Part shown: positions 41,640 through 53,600 of the stretch, piece by piece
Layout: each line of letters starts with the position of its first letter
How positions within the stretch are numbered: the first letter of the stretch is position 1
Assembly: GCA_977017645.1 (NCBI GenBank)
Contig: OZ360221.1
Coordinates: 136,834,001 to 136,898,000, forward strand
DNA from: Torpedo marmorata
Taxonomy: Eukaryota
Direction: 5' to 3'
DNA: 64,000 nt
Made by a program: the position numbers and the translations under genes
Notes under the pieces: model-generated
Told to the model about the DNA's origin: nothing
What the model saw: only the letters and a program-made list of their open reading frames with translations
Database searches by the model: none

Positions 41640-44600
41640 ACACAGACACACACACACACACACACACAAACCTTTTAGATAAGAATAGTGTTTATAGACG
41701 TTTATAGTGGGGTTAATTGTTGTGAAATTATATGTTTAATTGTCTTTAATAAATATAAATTTCAATTTTACCCATTTACATTGCGTCTTCTGTCGTTGCT
41801 GGTTTGATTTTGTAACAAAATTGGGGGCTCGTCCGGGATTTGAAGCAAAATCCATCTTGGTAATTGAAGGAATCCCAGTTTGGTTTAAGACATTCCTTTT
41901 GTAAAGCTAATTAAAAGCTAGTGTGTGTGTAACGAAAAACCAGCAACAATGGATGTAGAACATTTTTTGGAATCACCTGAACCTGATACTTAAAAAAAGG
42001 CAAAAAAGGAACAGTTAGTAGCTATAGCAACAGGTTTGGGCATTGCTTCAGTGAAATCATCTATGAAAAAGGCAGAGATTGGGAGAAAAATTGTCAAATA
42101 CTATATAAAATAAAAAAGGTTTGAGGAGAGCGTGTTAGAGCAGTTTCCCAAGGGTAAACCTTCTGATAACATACAGTTGGAAATAAAGAAATTGGAATTG
42201 GAACAAAAGAACAGCGAATTGGAACAAAGGAAATTGGAATTGGAGGCAGCCAGGGAACAAAAGAAATTAGAATTGGAGGCAGACAGGGAACAAAAGAAAT
42301 TGGAATTGGAATTGGAACTAAAGAGACACAAGAACGATGAAAGAAATAGGAGATATATGCTGGAAAAGATAAAGTTGGAAAATGAGGGGAGACAAGAAGA
42401 GCAACAAGATCAAATTCGTCATCCTGTTGAGGGGTTTTTGGCTAGTAGAGAAGTTAGGTTGGTTCCTCCATTTGAGGAGGCAGAAATAGATAAGTACTTC
42501 CAGCATTTTGAGAAGATGGCTGTGAAATTAAAATGGCCACAAGACCAATGGTCTCTTATGTTACAAAGTGTAATTAAAGGAAAAGCTCAGCAAGCTTATT
42601 CTACTCTTACCACAGAGCAAGCTGCTGATTATGAAACGGTGAAAAAGGCTATTCTCCAGGATTATGAGTTAGTTCCAGAGGCTTATAGACAGAAGTTTAG
42701 AAATTTTAAAACATCAGCAACCCAATCTTACACAGAGTTTGCCTATGAAAAGGTTGTGTGTTTTGACCGGTGGTGCTCATCTAAGGCAGTAAACAATGAT
42801 TACAAACAATTGAGAGAATTGATAATAATCGAGGAGATAAAAAGGTGTGTTCCTGAGAATATTAAGGCATACTTAGATGAAAAGGAGGTGAAAACTTGGC
42901 AAAATTCAGCTAAGTTAGCAGATGAATATGCTTTAACCCACAAGCCTAAGTGGACGTCAGTTGAATTTTCCAAAAGGTCACGGTGGATAATCAGAAGCAA
43001 GTGGAAAGTAAATTTGGAAGTGGTGTTAAGGAAAGGGATGAAGGAAAGTGGAAAAGGGAAAACCATTCGGGTCCCATTTGCCACTACTGTAGGAAGGCTG
43101 GTCATATGATAGCAAGCTGTCCAGTGTTGATAAAGAAGAGAGAAAAGGATGCAACACCTAATGCTTGTATTCAGAGTGAGAAGAGGCATAACACCTAGGA
43201 AGGAGTTAAATTTACTGACAAAGTTAAAGATGTATTTAAACCTTTTGTGACTGATGGTTTTGTTTCAGTTAAGGCAGGATCAAAACAAGTGCCAGTGAAA
43301 ATCTTGCGAGATACTGGAGCTGCTCAGTCACTTGTGTTAGATAGTGTCTTGGAATTTTGTGAAGCTACTGACACCGGTGACATAAATTTAATTAAAGGAA
43401 ATGGTGGTGATGTTGAGTCCATTCCTTTGCACAAAATAGTATTGGACTCAGACTTGGTGGAAGGACCTTTTATAATAGGAGTGAGATCAGAGTTGCCAGT
43501 AGAAGGAGTCTCACTGTTGCTGGGCAATGACTTGGCCAAGGGTAAAGAAGTTCCTGCAGTGCGAATGACCACTAAGCCAGTCATTGATAAGTCAGAGAAA
43601 GACTCTGATATTTATCCGGCATGTGCCATAACCAGGGCCATGTCTAAGAAAAATGTCACTGTAGAGAAGGCAGTGGAAAATAACTTGGTGAAAGAAAAAG
43701 ACAGTGATAATCAAGAAAACCTGGAATAGGTTGAGCAATCTCCTATGTTACACCCATACACTCACTGATAAGACACCTAAAGGCACAGATTTGTCACTAT
43801 CCCGACAGGAGCTAATAGCAAGGCAAAAGGACGATCCTGATCTTGCTGAGGTGAGGGATAAGGTTCTCTCTGAAGAGGAGATTAAAAAGGTGCCAGTGGG
43901 TTATTATGAAAAAGATGGGTGTTGATGAGAAAGTGGAGACCATGTGATGTTCCTGCCAATGAAGAATGGGCAGTAGTGCAGCAGGTTGTGATCCCTTAAG
44001 TATATAGGGATGCAATAATAAATTTGGCTCATAGTAAAACCTTAGGTGGTCACCTTGGGGTGAAGTAAACTATAAAGAAGACAATGAAACAATTTTATTG
44101 GCCCAGATTGAGAAGGGAGGTTGTAAGTTTTTGCCGGGCCTGTCACACTTGTCAGGTGGTTGGTAAACCTAATCAGAGTCCCCCGGTGGCACCCTTGCAA
44201 CCTATCCCTGCTTTCAGTGAGCCTTTCTCGAGAGTAATTGTGGACTTTGTTGGCCCATTGCCCAAAACCAAAGCGGGGAATGAGTATTTGTTAACAATTA
44301 TGTGTGCAGCCACCAGATTTCCAGAGGCCATTCCTCTGAGAAACATTAAAGCAAAGGCAATTGTAAAGGCTATGGTAAAGTTTTTCACCTTGGTAGGTTT
44401 GCCAAGGGAAATTTAATCAGATCAGGGCAATAATTTCATGTCAGGCGTTTTCCAACAAGTGGTTGATGGACTGGGAGTTAAACAGATTGTATCCTCTGCG
44501 TACCATCCAGAAAGTCAAGGGGCCTTGGAGAGGTTCCATTCGACTTTGAAAAACATGATTAGAACCTATTGTTGTGAAAAGGAAAAGCATTGGGATGAGG

Positions 44601-47600
44601 GGGTTCATTTGTTGTTATTTGCAGTGAGGGAATCTGTCCAAGAATCACTTGGTTTTAGTCCATTCGAGTTAGTTTTCGGACATGAGGTGAGAGGTCCTTT
44701 AAGATTATTAAAAGAACAGTGGATTAATAGTGATGTGCATTTAAATCTGTTAGATTATATTTCCAAATTTAAGGATCAGTTGAATAGGGCTTGTGAGATG
44801 GCAAAGGAGAATTTAAAGGCCACTCAACAGAGAATGAAGGTTTGGTATGATCGAAAGGCTAAGATGAGAACTTTTAAACCTGGTGAGAATGTATTAGTTC
44901 TGTTTACCATCCATTCAAATCATCTTAGAGCTAGATTTTCAGGACCCTATAGCATTAAGTCAAAAATTAATGATGTCACCTATGTCATAGAATCACCTAA
45001 TCGCAGACGAGACACACAGGTCTGTCATGTGAATATGATTAAGCCATATTTTGAACAGGTGCTGCACAAAGGGACTGAAAATTTACCAGAGGTACTGGTT
45101 ATTGACAGGGGTAAGGAGGAGACAGATAAAACCAGTTTCAAAGAGGGTCATGGGACTGTTAATTCTCTGAGTTATGTAGTAGGACAGGGGAAGTTGGCGC
45201 CAGTAGAGGTAAAGGTTGTGACTTTTTCCAAGTTCCCTGTTCCAACTGGTAAGAAAACTCTGAGGAGGTTACTGGGAATGATTGGCTACTACCGCAAGTT
45301 ATGTAAAAACTTTGCTGATCTTGTGCTCCCTCTCACAAATTTTCTTAGAAAGAGAGAAAAATTTGTATGGTCGACAGGTTGTCAGGAAGCATTTGTCAAA
45401 TTGAAAGCCAGGTTATGCCACCAACCTGTGCTTAAGTCACCTAATTTAGAACAGCCGTTTTCTTCAGCCGTGGATGCCAGCGATGAAGCTGTGGGCGCGG
45501 TGCTGTTACAGAAGAAGACCATCCGGTATCCTACTTCTCGAAGAAGTTCAATGATCATCAAAGGAATTATTCAACCATAGAAAAAGAGTTGTTGGCTCTT
45601 GTGTTGGCTCTACAACACTTTGATGTGTATATCTGTACAGCTCAAAAACCACTCATAGTGTATACTGACCATAAAATTCATTGGTTTTTCTTTGTAAAAT
45701 GAAAAATAAGAATCGACGGTTGTTGAATTGGAGTCTAATTTTGCAAGAATATGATTTGGTAATAACACATTTAAAAGGGAAATATAATGTAATTGCTGAT
45801 TATCTTTCTTGATGTTAAACTTTATCAATGAAAATAGTTCATATTTTGTATTTGTGGATGAACATTGTAGATTATGTTTATATTGTGACACCTCAATTCA
45901 TTTCCAAAATTTTTTCTTGCAGACCAAAATTTTCTTTGTGGGTGGGAGGTGTTATGGACCATAACAGACCATTTGGACTGCAGACAGTCAGCAGGAAGGA
46001 TGAAGTCTTTTGGAGTACTGTTATGGACCATGACTAACCATTTGGACTGCGGACGGTCAGCAGGAAGGATGAAGTCTTTTGGAGTATACACTGGGACCAG
46101 GTACTGAAAGAGTTAACTAGCCCAGGACTTGGTGTACCCAGAGAGAGAGAGAAAGAGAGAGCAGAGAAAGACAGGCTGTGGAAAAGATACATTGTTGCAC
46201 TTTTGCAAAAGCATGTGCAGACCTCTGCAAAAGGCAGACAGTTAGGAATTGCAAATGCTAGAGAACACAGCCAAATCCAGGCTTGTGCATCCCAGAGGAA
46301 AAGGCTGGAAGGATAGCACATGGCCTCCTGTCTCAGAGAAATTCTGAGTTAAAAGCAACTTTGTGGAGAACAGGCGTGAGATCAGCGAGACCAGCTTTGA
46401 GATCCAAGCACACGCCTCAATCAGTGGTATACAGATCTGAACTCGCAATCCTTATGAAAACACAAGAAGGGAACGTCATCAGAGAAGAAAAACAAGTATT
46501 TGTAAGCATAAACAGTCATTGTCTCTCTCCAACGTTCATTCAGAAGTACTTCTACCAGACACAGAGCTGAATTTGAAACCTGAATTTAGAGAGTGAATTT
46601 TGTGGACTGTATTATTCTTTTTTTTTGACTGACTTGTTTTTTATGACTGACCTGGGGTTTTTGGGGAAAGTTTTTCCATTTTTACATAAGGGTTGGGCAC
46701 AGACTGTAATGGTCTGGGCTTTACACACACACCATTTAGATAAGAATAGTGTTTATAGATGTTTATAGTGGGGTTAATTGTTGTGAAATTATATGTTTAA
46801 TTGTCTTTAATAAATATAAATTTCAATTTTACCCCTTTTGCATTGCGTCTTCTGTCGTTGCTGGTTTCATTTTGTAACAAAATTGGGGGCTCGTCCTAGG
46901 ATTTGAATCAAAATCCATCTTGGTAATTGAAGGAATCCCAGTTTGGTTTAAGGCATTCCTTTTGTAAAGCTAATTAAAATCTAGTGTGTGTGTAACGAAA
47001 AACCAGAAACAATGGATGTAGAACATTTTTTGGAATCACCTGAACCTGATACTTTAAAAAAGGCGGAAAAGGAACAGTTAGTGGCTATAGCAACAGAGTT
47101 GGGCATTGCTTCTATAAAACCATCTATGAAAAAGGTAGAGATTGGGAGAAAAATTGTCAAATACTATATAAAAGAAAAAAAATTTGAGGAGAGCATGTTA
47201 GAGCAGTTTCCCAAGGGTAAACCTTCTGAAAATATACAATTGGAAATAAAGAAATTGGAATTGGAACAAAAGAAATTAGAGGCAGACAGGGAACAAAAGA
47301 AATTAGAGGCAGACAGGGAACAAAAGAAATTAGAATTGGAGGCAGCCAGGGAACAAAAGAAATTAGACACGGAATTGGAACAAAAGAGATTAGACTTAGA
47401 GCACGATGAGAAAAATAGGAGATATGAGCTGGAAAAGATGAGGTTGGAAAATGAGAGGAGACAAGAAGAGCGCCAAGATCAAATTCGTCATCCTGCTGAG
47501 GGGTTTTTGGCTAGTAGAGAAGTTAGGATGGTTCCTCCATTTGAGGAGGCAGAAATAGATAAGTACTTCCAACATTTTGAGAAGGTGGCTGTGAAATTAA

Positions 47601-50600
47601 AATGGCCACAAGACCAATGGTCTCTTATGTTACAAAGTGTAATTAAAGGAAAAGCTCAGCAAGCTTATTGTACTCTTACCACGGAGCAAGCTGCTGATTA
47701 TGAAATGGTGAAAAAGGCTATACTCCAGGCTTATGAGTTAGTTCCAGAGGCTTATAGACAGAAGTTTAGAAATTTAAAAAGATCAGCAACCCAAACTTAT
47801 ACAGAGTTTGCCTATGAAAAGGTTGTGTGTTTGACAGGTGGTGCACATCTAAGGCGGTAAACAATGATTACAATCAATTGAGAGAATTGATAATAATCGA
47901 GGAGATAAAAAGGTGTGTTCCTGAGGATATTAAGGCCTACTTAGATGAAAAGGAGGTGAAAACGGCAAAATTCAGCTAAGTTAGCAGATGAATATGCTTT
48001 AACCCACATGCCTAAGTGGACGTCAGGTAGAATTTTCCAAAAGGTCACTGTGGATAATCAGAAGCAAGTGGAAAGTAAATTTGGAAGTGGTGTTAAGGAA
48101 AGGGATGAAGGAAAGTGGAAAAGGGAAACCATTCGGGTCCCATTTGCCACTACTGTAGGAAGGCTGGTCATATGCTAGCAAGCTGTCCAGTGTTGAAAAA
48201 GAAGAGAGAAAAGGATGCAACACCTAATGCTTATATTCAGAGTGAGAAGAGGCATAACACCCAGGAAGGAGATAAATTTACTGACAAAGTTAAAGATGTA
48301 TTTAAACCTTTTGTGACTGATGGTTTTGTTTCAGTTAAGGCAGGATCAAAACAAGTGCCAGTGAAAATCTTGCGAGATATTGGAGCTGCTCAGTCACTTG
48401 TGTTAAATAGTGTCTTGGAATTTTGTGAAGCTACTGACACCGGTGACATAAATTTAATTAAAGGAATTGGTGGTGATGTTGAGTCCATTCCTTTTCACAA
48501 AATAGTATTGGACTCAGACTTGGTGGAAGGACCTGTTATAATAGGAGTGCGATCAGAGTTGCCAGTAGAAGGAGTCTCACCGTTGTTAGGCAATGACTTG
48601 GCCAAGGGTAAAGTAGTTCCTGCAGTGCGAATGACCACTAAGCCAGTCATTGATAAGTCAGAGAAAGACTCTGATATTTATCCGGCATGTGCCATAACCA
48701 GGGCCATGTCTAAGAAAAATGTCACTGTAGAGAAGGCAGTGGAAAATAACATGGTGAAAGAAAAAGACACTGATAATCAAGAAAACCAGGAAAAGGTTGA
48801 GCAATCTCCTGTGTTACACCCATCCACTGATAAGACACCGAAAGGCAGAGATTTGTCACTATCCCGACAGGAGCTAATAGCAAGGCAAAAGGGCGATCCT
48901 GATCTTGCTGAGGTGAGGGATAAGGTTCTCTCTGAAGAGGAGATTAAAAAGGTGCCAGTAGGTTATTATGAAAAAGATGGGGTGTTGATGAGAAAGTGGA
49001 GACCATGTGATGTTCCTGCCAATGAAGAATGGGCAGTAGTGCAGCAGGTTGTGATCCCTAAAGTATATCGGGATGCAATAATAACTTTGGCTCATAGTAC
49101 ACCCTTAGGTGGTCACCTTGGGGTGAAGAATAATAAGGAAGATAATGAAACAATTTTATTGACCCAGATTGAGAAGGGAGGTTGTAAGCTTTTGCCGGGC
49201 CTGTCACACTTGTCACGTGGTGGATAAACCTAATCAGGGTCCCCCGGTGGCACCCTTGCAACCTATCCCTGCTTTCAGTGAGCCTTTCTCGAGAGTAATT
49301 GTGGACTGTGTTGGCCCATTGCCCAAAACCAAAGCGGGGAATGAGTATTTGTTAACAATTATGTGTGCAGCCACCAGATTTCCAGAGGCCATTCCTCTGA
49401 GAAACATTAAAGCAAAGACAATTGTAAAGGCTATGGTAAAGTTTTTCACCTTGGTAGGTTTGCCAAGGGAAATTCAATCAGATCAGGGCAGTAATTTCAT
49501 GTCAGGCGTTTTCCAACAAGTGGTTGATGGACTGGGAGTTAAACAGATTGTATCCTCTGCGTACCATCCAGAAAGTCAAGGGGTCTTGGAGAGGTTCCAT
49601 TCGACTTTGAAAAACATCATTAGAACCTATTGTTGTGAGAAGGAAAAGGATTGGGATGAGGGGGTTCATTTGTTGTTATTTGCAGCGAGGGAGTCTGTTC
49701 AAGAATCACTTGGTGATAGTCTATTCGAGTTAGTTTTCGGACATGAGGTGAGAGGTCCTTTAAGGTTATTAAAAGAACAGTGGATTAATAGTGATGTGCA
49801 TTTAAATCTGTTAGATTATGTTTCCAAATTTAAGGATCGGTTACATAGGGCTTGTGAGATGGCAAAGGAGAATTTAAAGGCCACTCAACAGAGAATGAAG
49901 GTTTGGTATGATCGAAAGGCTAAGATGAGAACTTTTAAACCTGGTGAGAATGTATTAGTTCTGTTTCCCATCCATTCAATTCATGTAAGGGCTAGATTTT
50001 CAGGACCCTATAGAGTTAAGTCAAAAATTAATGATGTCACCTATGTCATAGAAACATCTAATCACAGACGAGACAGACAGGTCTGTCATGTGAATATGAT
50101 TAAGCCATATTTTGAACAGGTACCACACAGAAGGTCTGAAAATTTACCAGAGGTGCTGGTTATTGACAGGGGTAAGGAGGAGACAGATAAAACCAGTTTC
50201 AGAGAGGGTCATGGTACTGTTAATTCTCTGAGTTATGTAGTAGGACAGGGGAAGTTGGTGCCAGTAGAGGCAAAGGTTGTGACTATTTCCGAGTTCCTGT
50301 TCCAACTGGTAAGAAAACTCTGAGGAGGTTCCTAGGAATTATTGGCTACTACCGCAAGTTCTGTAAAACTTTGCTGATCTTGCGCACCCTCTCACAAATT
50401 TGCTTAGAAAGAAAGAAAAATTTGTATGGTCGACAGGTTGTCAGGAAGCACTTGTCAAATTGAAAGCCATGTTATGCCACCAACCTGTGCTTAAGGCACC
50501 TAATTTAGAACAGCCGTTTTCTTTAGCCGTGGATGCCAGCAATGAAGCTGTGGGTACGGTGCTGTTGCAGAAGAAGAACGAAGAGGACATTGACCATCCG

Positions 50601-53600
50601 GTATCCTACTTCTGCAAGAAGTTCAATGATCATCAAAGGAATTATTCAACCATAGAAAAAGAGTTGTTGGCTCTTGTGTTGGCTCTACAACACTTTGATG
50701 TGTTTATCTGTACAGCTCAAAAACCACTCATAGTGTATACTGACCATAATCCATTGGTTTTTCTTTGTAAAATGAAAAATAAGAATCGACGGTTGTTGAA
50801 TTGGAGTCTAATTGTGCAAGAATATGATTTAGTAATAACACATATAAAAGGAAAAGAAAATGTAATTGCTGATTGTCTTTCAAGATGTTAAACTTTATCA
50901 ATGAAAATAGTTCATATTTTGTATTCGTGGATGAACATTGTGGGTTTTGTTTATATTGTGACACCTCAATTAATTTCCAAAATTTTGTTCTTGCAGACCA
51001 AAATTTTCTTTGTGGGTGGGAGGTGTTATGGACCATGACTGACCATTTGAACTGCGGACGGTCAGCAGGAAGGATGAAGTCTTTTGGAGTACACACTGGG
51101 GCCAGGTACTGAAAGAGTTAACTTGCCCAGGACTTGCTGTACCCAGAGAGAGAGAGAGAGCAGAGAGAGACAGGCTGTGGAAAAGATACTTTGTTGCACT
51201 TTTGCAAAAGCAGGTGCAGACCCCTGCAAAAAGCAGATAGTTTGGAGTTGCAAAGGCTAGAGAACACAGCCAAATCCAGGCTTGTGAATCCCAGAGAAAA
51301 GGCTGGAAGTATAGCATATGTCCTCCTGTCTCAGAGAAATTCTGAGGTAAAGCAACTTTTGTGGAGAACAGGCGTGAGATCAGCGAGACCAGCTGTGAGA
51401 TCCAAGCACACGCATCAATCAGTGGTATACTGATCTGAACTCGCAATCCTTATGAAAACACAAGAAGGGAATGTCATCAGAGAAGAAAAACAAGTATTTG
51501 TAAGCATAAACATTTATTGTCTCTCTCCAACGTTCATTCAGAAGTACTTCTACCAGCACACAGAGCTGAATTTGAAACCTGAACTTCGACAGTGGAATTT
51601 TGTGGACTGTATTATTCTTTTTTTGACTGACTTGTTTTTATGACTGACCTGGGGTTTTTGGGGAAAGTTTTTCCATTTTTACATAATGGTTGGGCACAGA
51701 CTGTAATGGTCTGGGCTTTACACACACACACACACACACACACACCTTTTAGATAAGAATAGTGTTTATAGACGTTTATAGTGGGGTTAATTGTTGTGAA
51801 AGTATATGTTTAATTGTCGTTAATAAATATAAATTTCAATTTTACCCCTTTTGCATTGCGTCTTCTGTCGTTGCTGGTTTGATTTTGTAACACTATCCAA
51901 ATACCTGTATATACAATCTCTTAGAACACCGTCCAATAACTTACTTACTACTGATGTCAGGCTCACTGGTCTAAAATTTACTGGGTTAATTTTGGAGCCT
52001 TTTTTAAACAATGAAACAACGTGAGCTACCCTCCAATCCTCCGGTGCCACACCTGTGGCTAAGGACATTTTAAATATTTCCGCCAGAGCCCCTTCAATTT
52101 CTACATTAGCCTCCCTCAAGGTCTGAGGGAATATCTTGTCAGGCCCTGGGGATTTAACCACCCTGATTTGCTTTTAGACAGCAAGCACCTCCTCCTCTTT
52201 AAACTCTATAGGTTCCATGACCTCACTGCTTGTTTTCCTTACTCGCTTAGATTCTGTGCCAGTTTCCTGTGTAAATACTGATGCAAAAATGCAATTTAAG
52301 ATCTTCCCCAGCTCTTTTTACTCCATACATAGCCGACCACTGTGATCTTCAAGGGGACCAATTTTGTTCCTGACTATCCTTTTGCTCTTAATATACCTGT
52401 TGAAACCCCGAGGATTTTCCATCACATTGTTTGCCAAAGCAACCCCACGTCTTCTTTTAGCCTTCCTGATTTCATTCTTGAGTTTTTCCTTGCATTTTTT
52501 ATACCCCAAAAGTACCTAATTTGCTCCATGTTGCCTATACCTGCTATACACCTCCCTCTTCCGAACCAGATCCCCAATATCCCTCAAAAACCAAAGCTCC
52601 CTATGCCTGTTTACTTTGCCTTTAATCTGAACATACAAACTCTGTACTTTCAAAATTTCACCTTCGAAGGACTTCCACTTACCTACCACATCCTTTCCAG
52701 AAAACAACATCCCAATCCACAGATTCTAGATCCTTTCTCATTTCCTCAAAATTGGCCTTTCTCCAATTTAGAATCTCAACCCGAGGCCCAGACCTATCCT
52801 TCTCCATAATTAACTTGAAACAATGGCATTATGATCATTGGACTCAAAATGTTCCCCTGCACATACTTCTGTCACTTGTCCTATCTCGTTCCCTAATAGG
52901 AGATCCAGTATTGCATTCTTTCTGGTTGGTTCCTCTATATATTGATTCAGAAAACGTTCCTGAACTCTTTTGACAAACTTGAAGCCATCCAGCCCTTTTA
53001 CAGTATGGGAGTCCCAGTCAATAAGTGGAAAGTTAAAATCTCCTATGATTACAACTTTATGTTTCCTGCAGCTGTCTGCTATCTCTCAACAGACTTGCTC
53101 CTGCAATTCTTGCTGACTATTGTGCGGTCTATAATACAACCCCATGAGTGTGGTCATACCTTTCCTGTTACTCAGTTCCATCCATATAGCCTCAGTGGAT
53201 GAGCCCTCTGGTCTGTCCTGTCTGAGCACAGCTGTGATATTTTCCCTAACAAGCAATGCCACTCCTCTCCCTTTCATTTCCCCCATTCTATTGCGTCTGA
53301 AACAACGGAAGCTCAGAACATTGAGCTGCCAGTCCTTCCCCTCCTTCAACCATGTTTCACTAAAGGCCACAATGTCATAATTCCATGTGCCAATCCATGC
53401 TCTAAGCTTGTCTGCCTTTCCTAGAATACTTACTGCATTGAAATGGATGCACCTGAAAAAAAAAATCCATCACGTATAACCCTTTGACTTCTGACGTTCA
53501 TGTATTCTTCACTTCATCTTTTTCCCCCTCCACTCCTCTATCTGCTCTGGCACTCTGGTTCCCATGCCCCTGCAAATCTAGTTTAAACCCCACCGGAGCA

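Larger units (their letters stand above)
37757..46018 (+). mobile_element. Gmr1-type Gypsy LTR retrotransposon, copy 1 (gag-PR-INT-deltaRT-RNase H), decayed
   Basis: 5' LTR 37757-41817 (TGTTA..TAACA, contains an L1); SCAN-like gag, CCHC knuckle, LRDTGA protease, integrase D-D-E with GPY, RT thumb, RNase H; PPT, then only 69 bp of 3' LTR (45950-46018). Confidence 0.92.

Noticed and set aside
41460-41669. MCVCVCV ORF
   Set aside because: Translation of a (TG)n microsatellite.
41822-41839. MLV-type retrovirus suggested by the tRNA-Pro PBS
   Set aside because: Downstream proteins and the INT-before-RT order are Gmr1/Gypsy, and no env is present.
42190-47400. Short periodic repeats as a CRISPR-like array
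   Set aside because: Coding tandem repeats without unique spacers, in a eukaryotic retroelement.
37772-51643. Recurrent short ORFs in the LTRs (e.g. 37791, 46034, 50970) as accessory or env genes
   Set aside because: They repeat only because the LTR repeats; frames are not conserved between LTR copies and show no domain.
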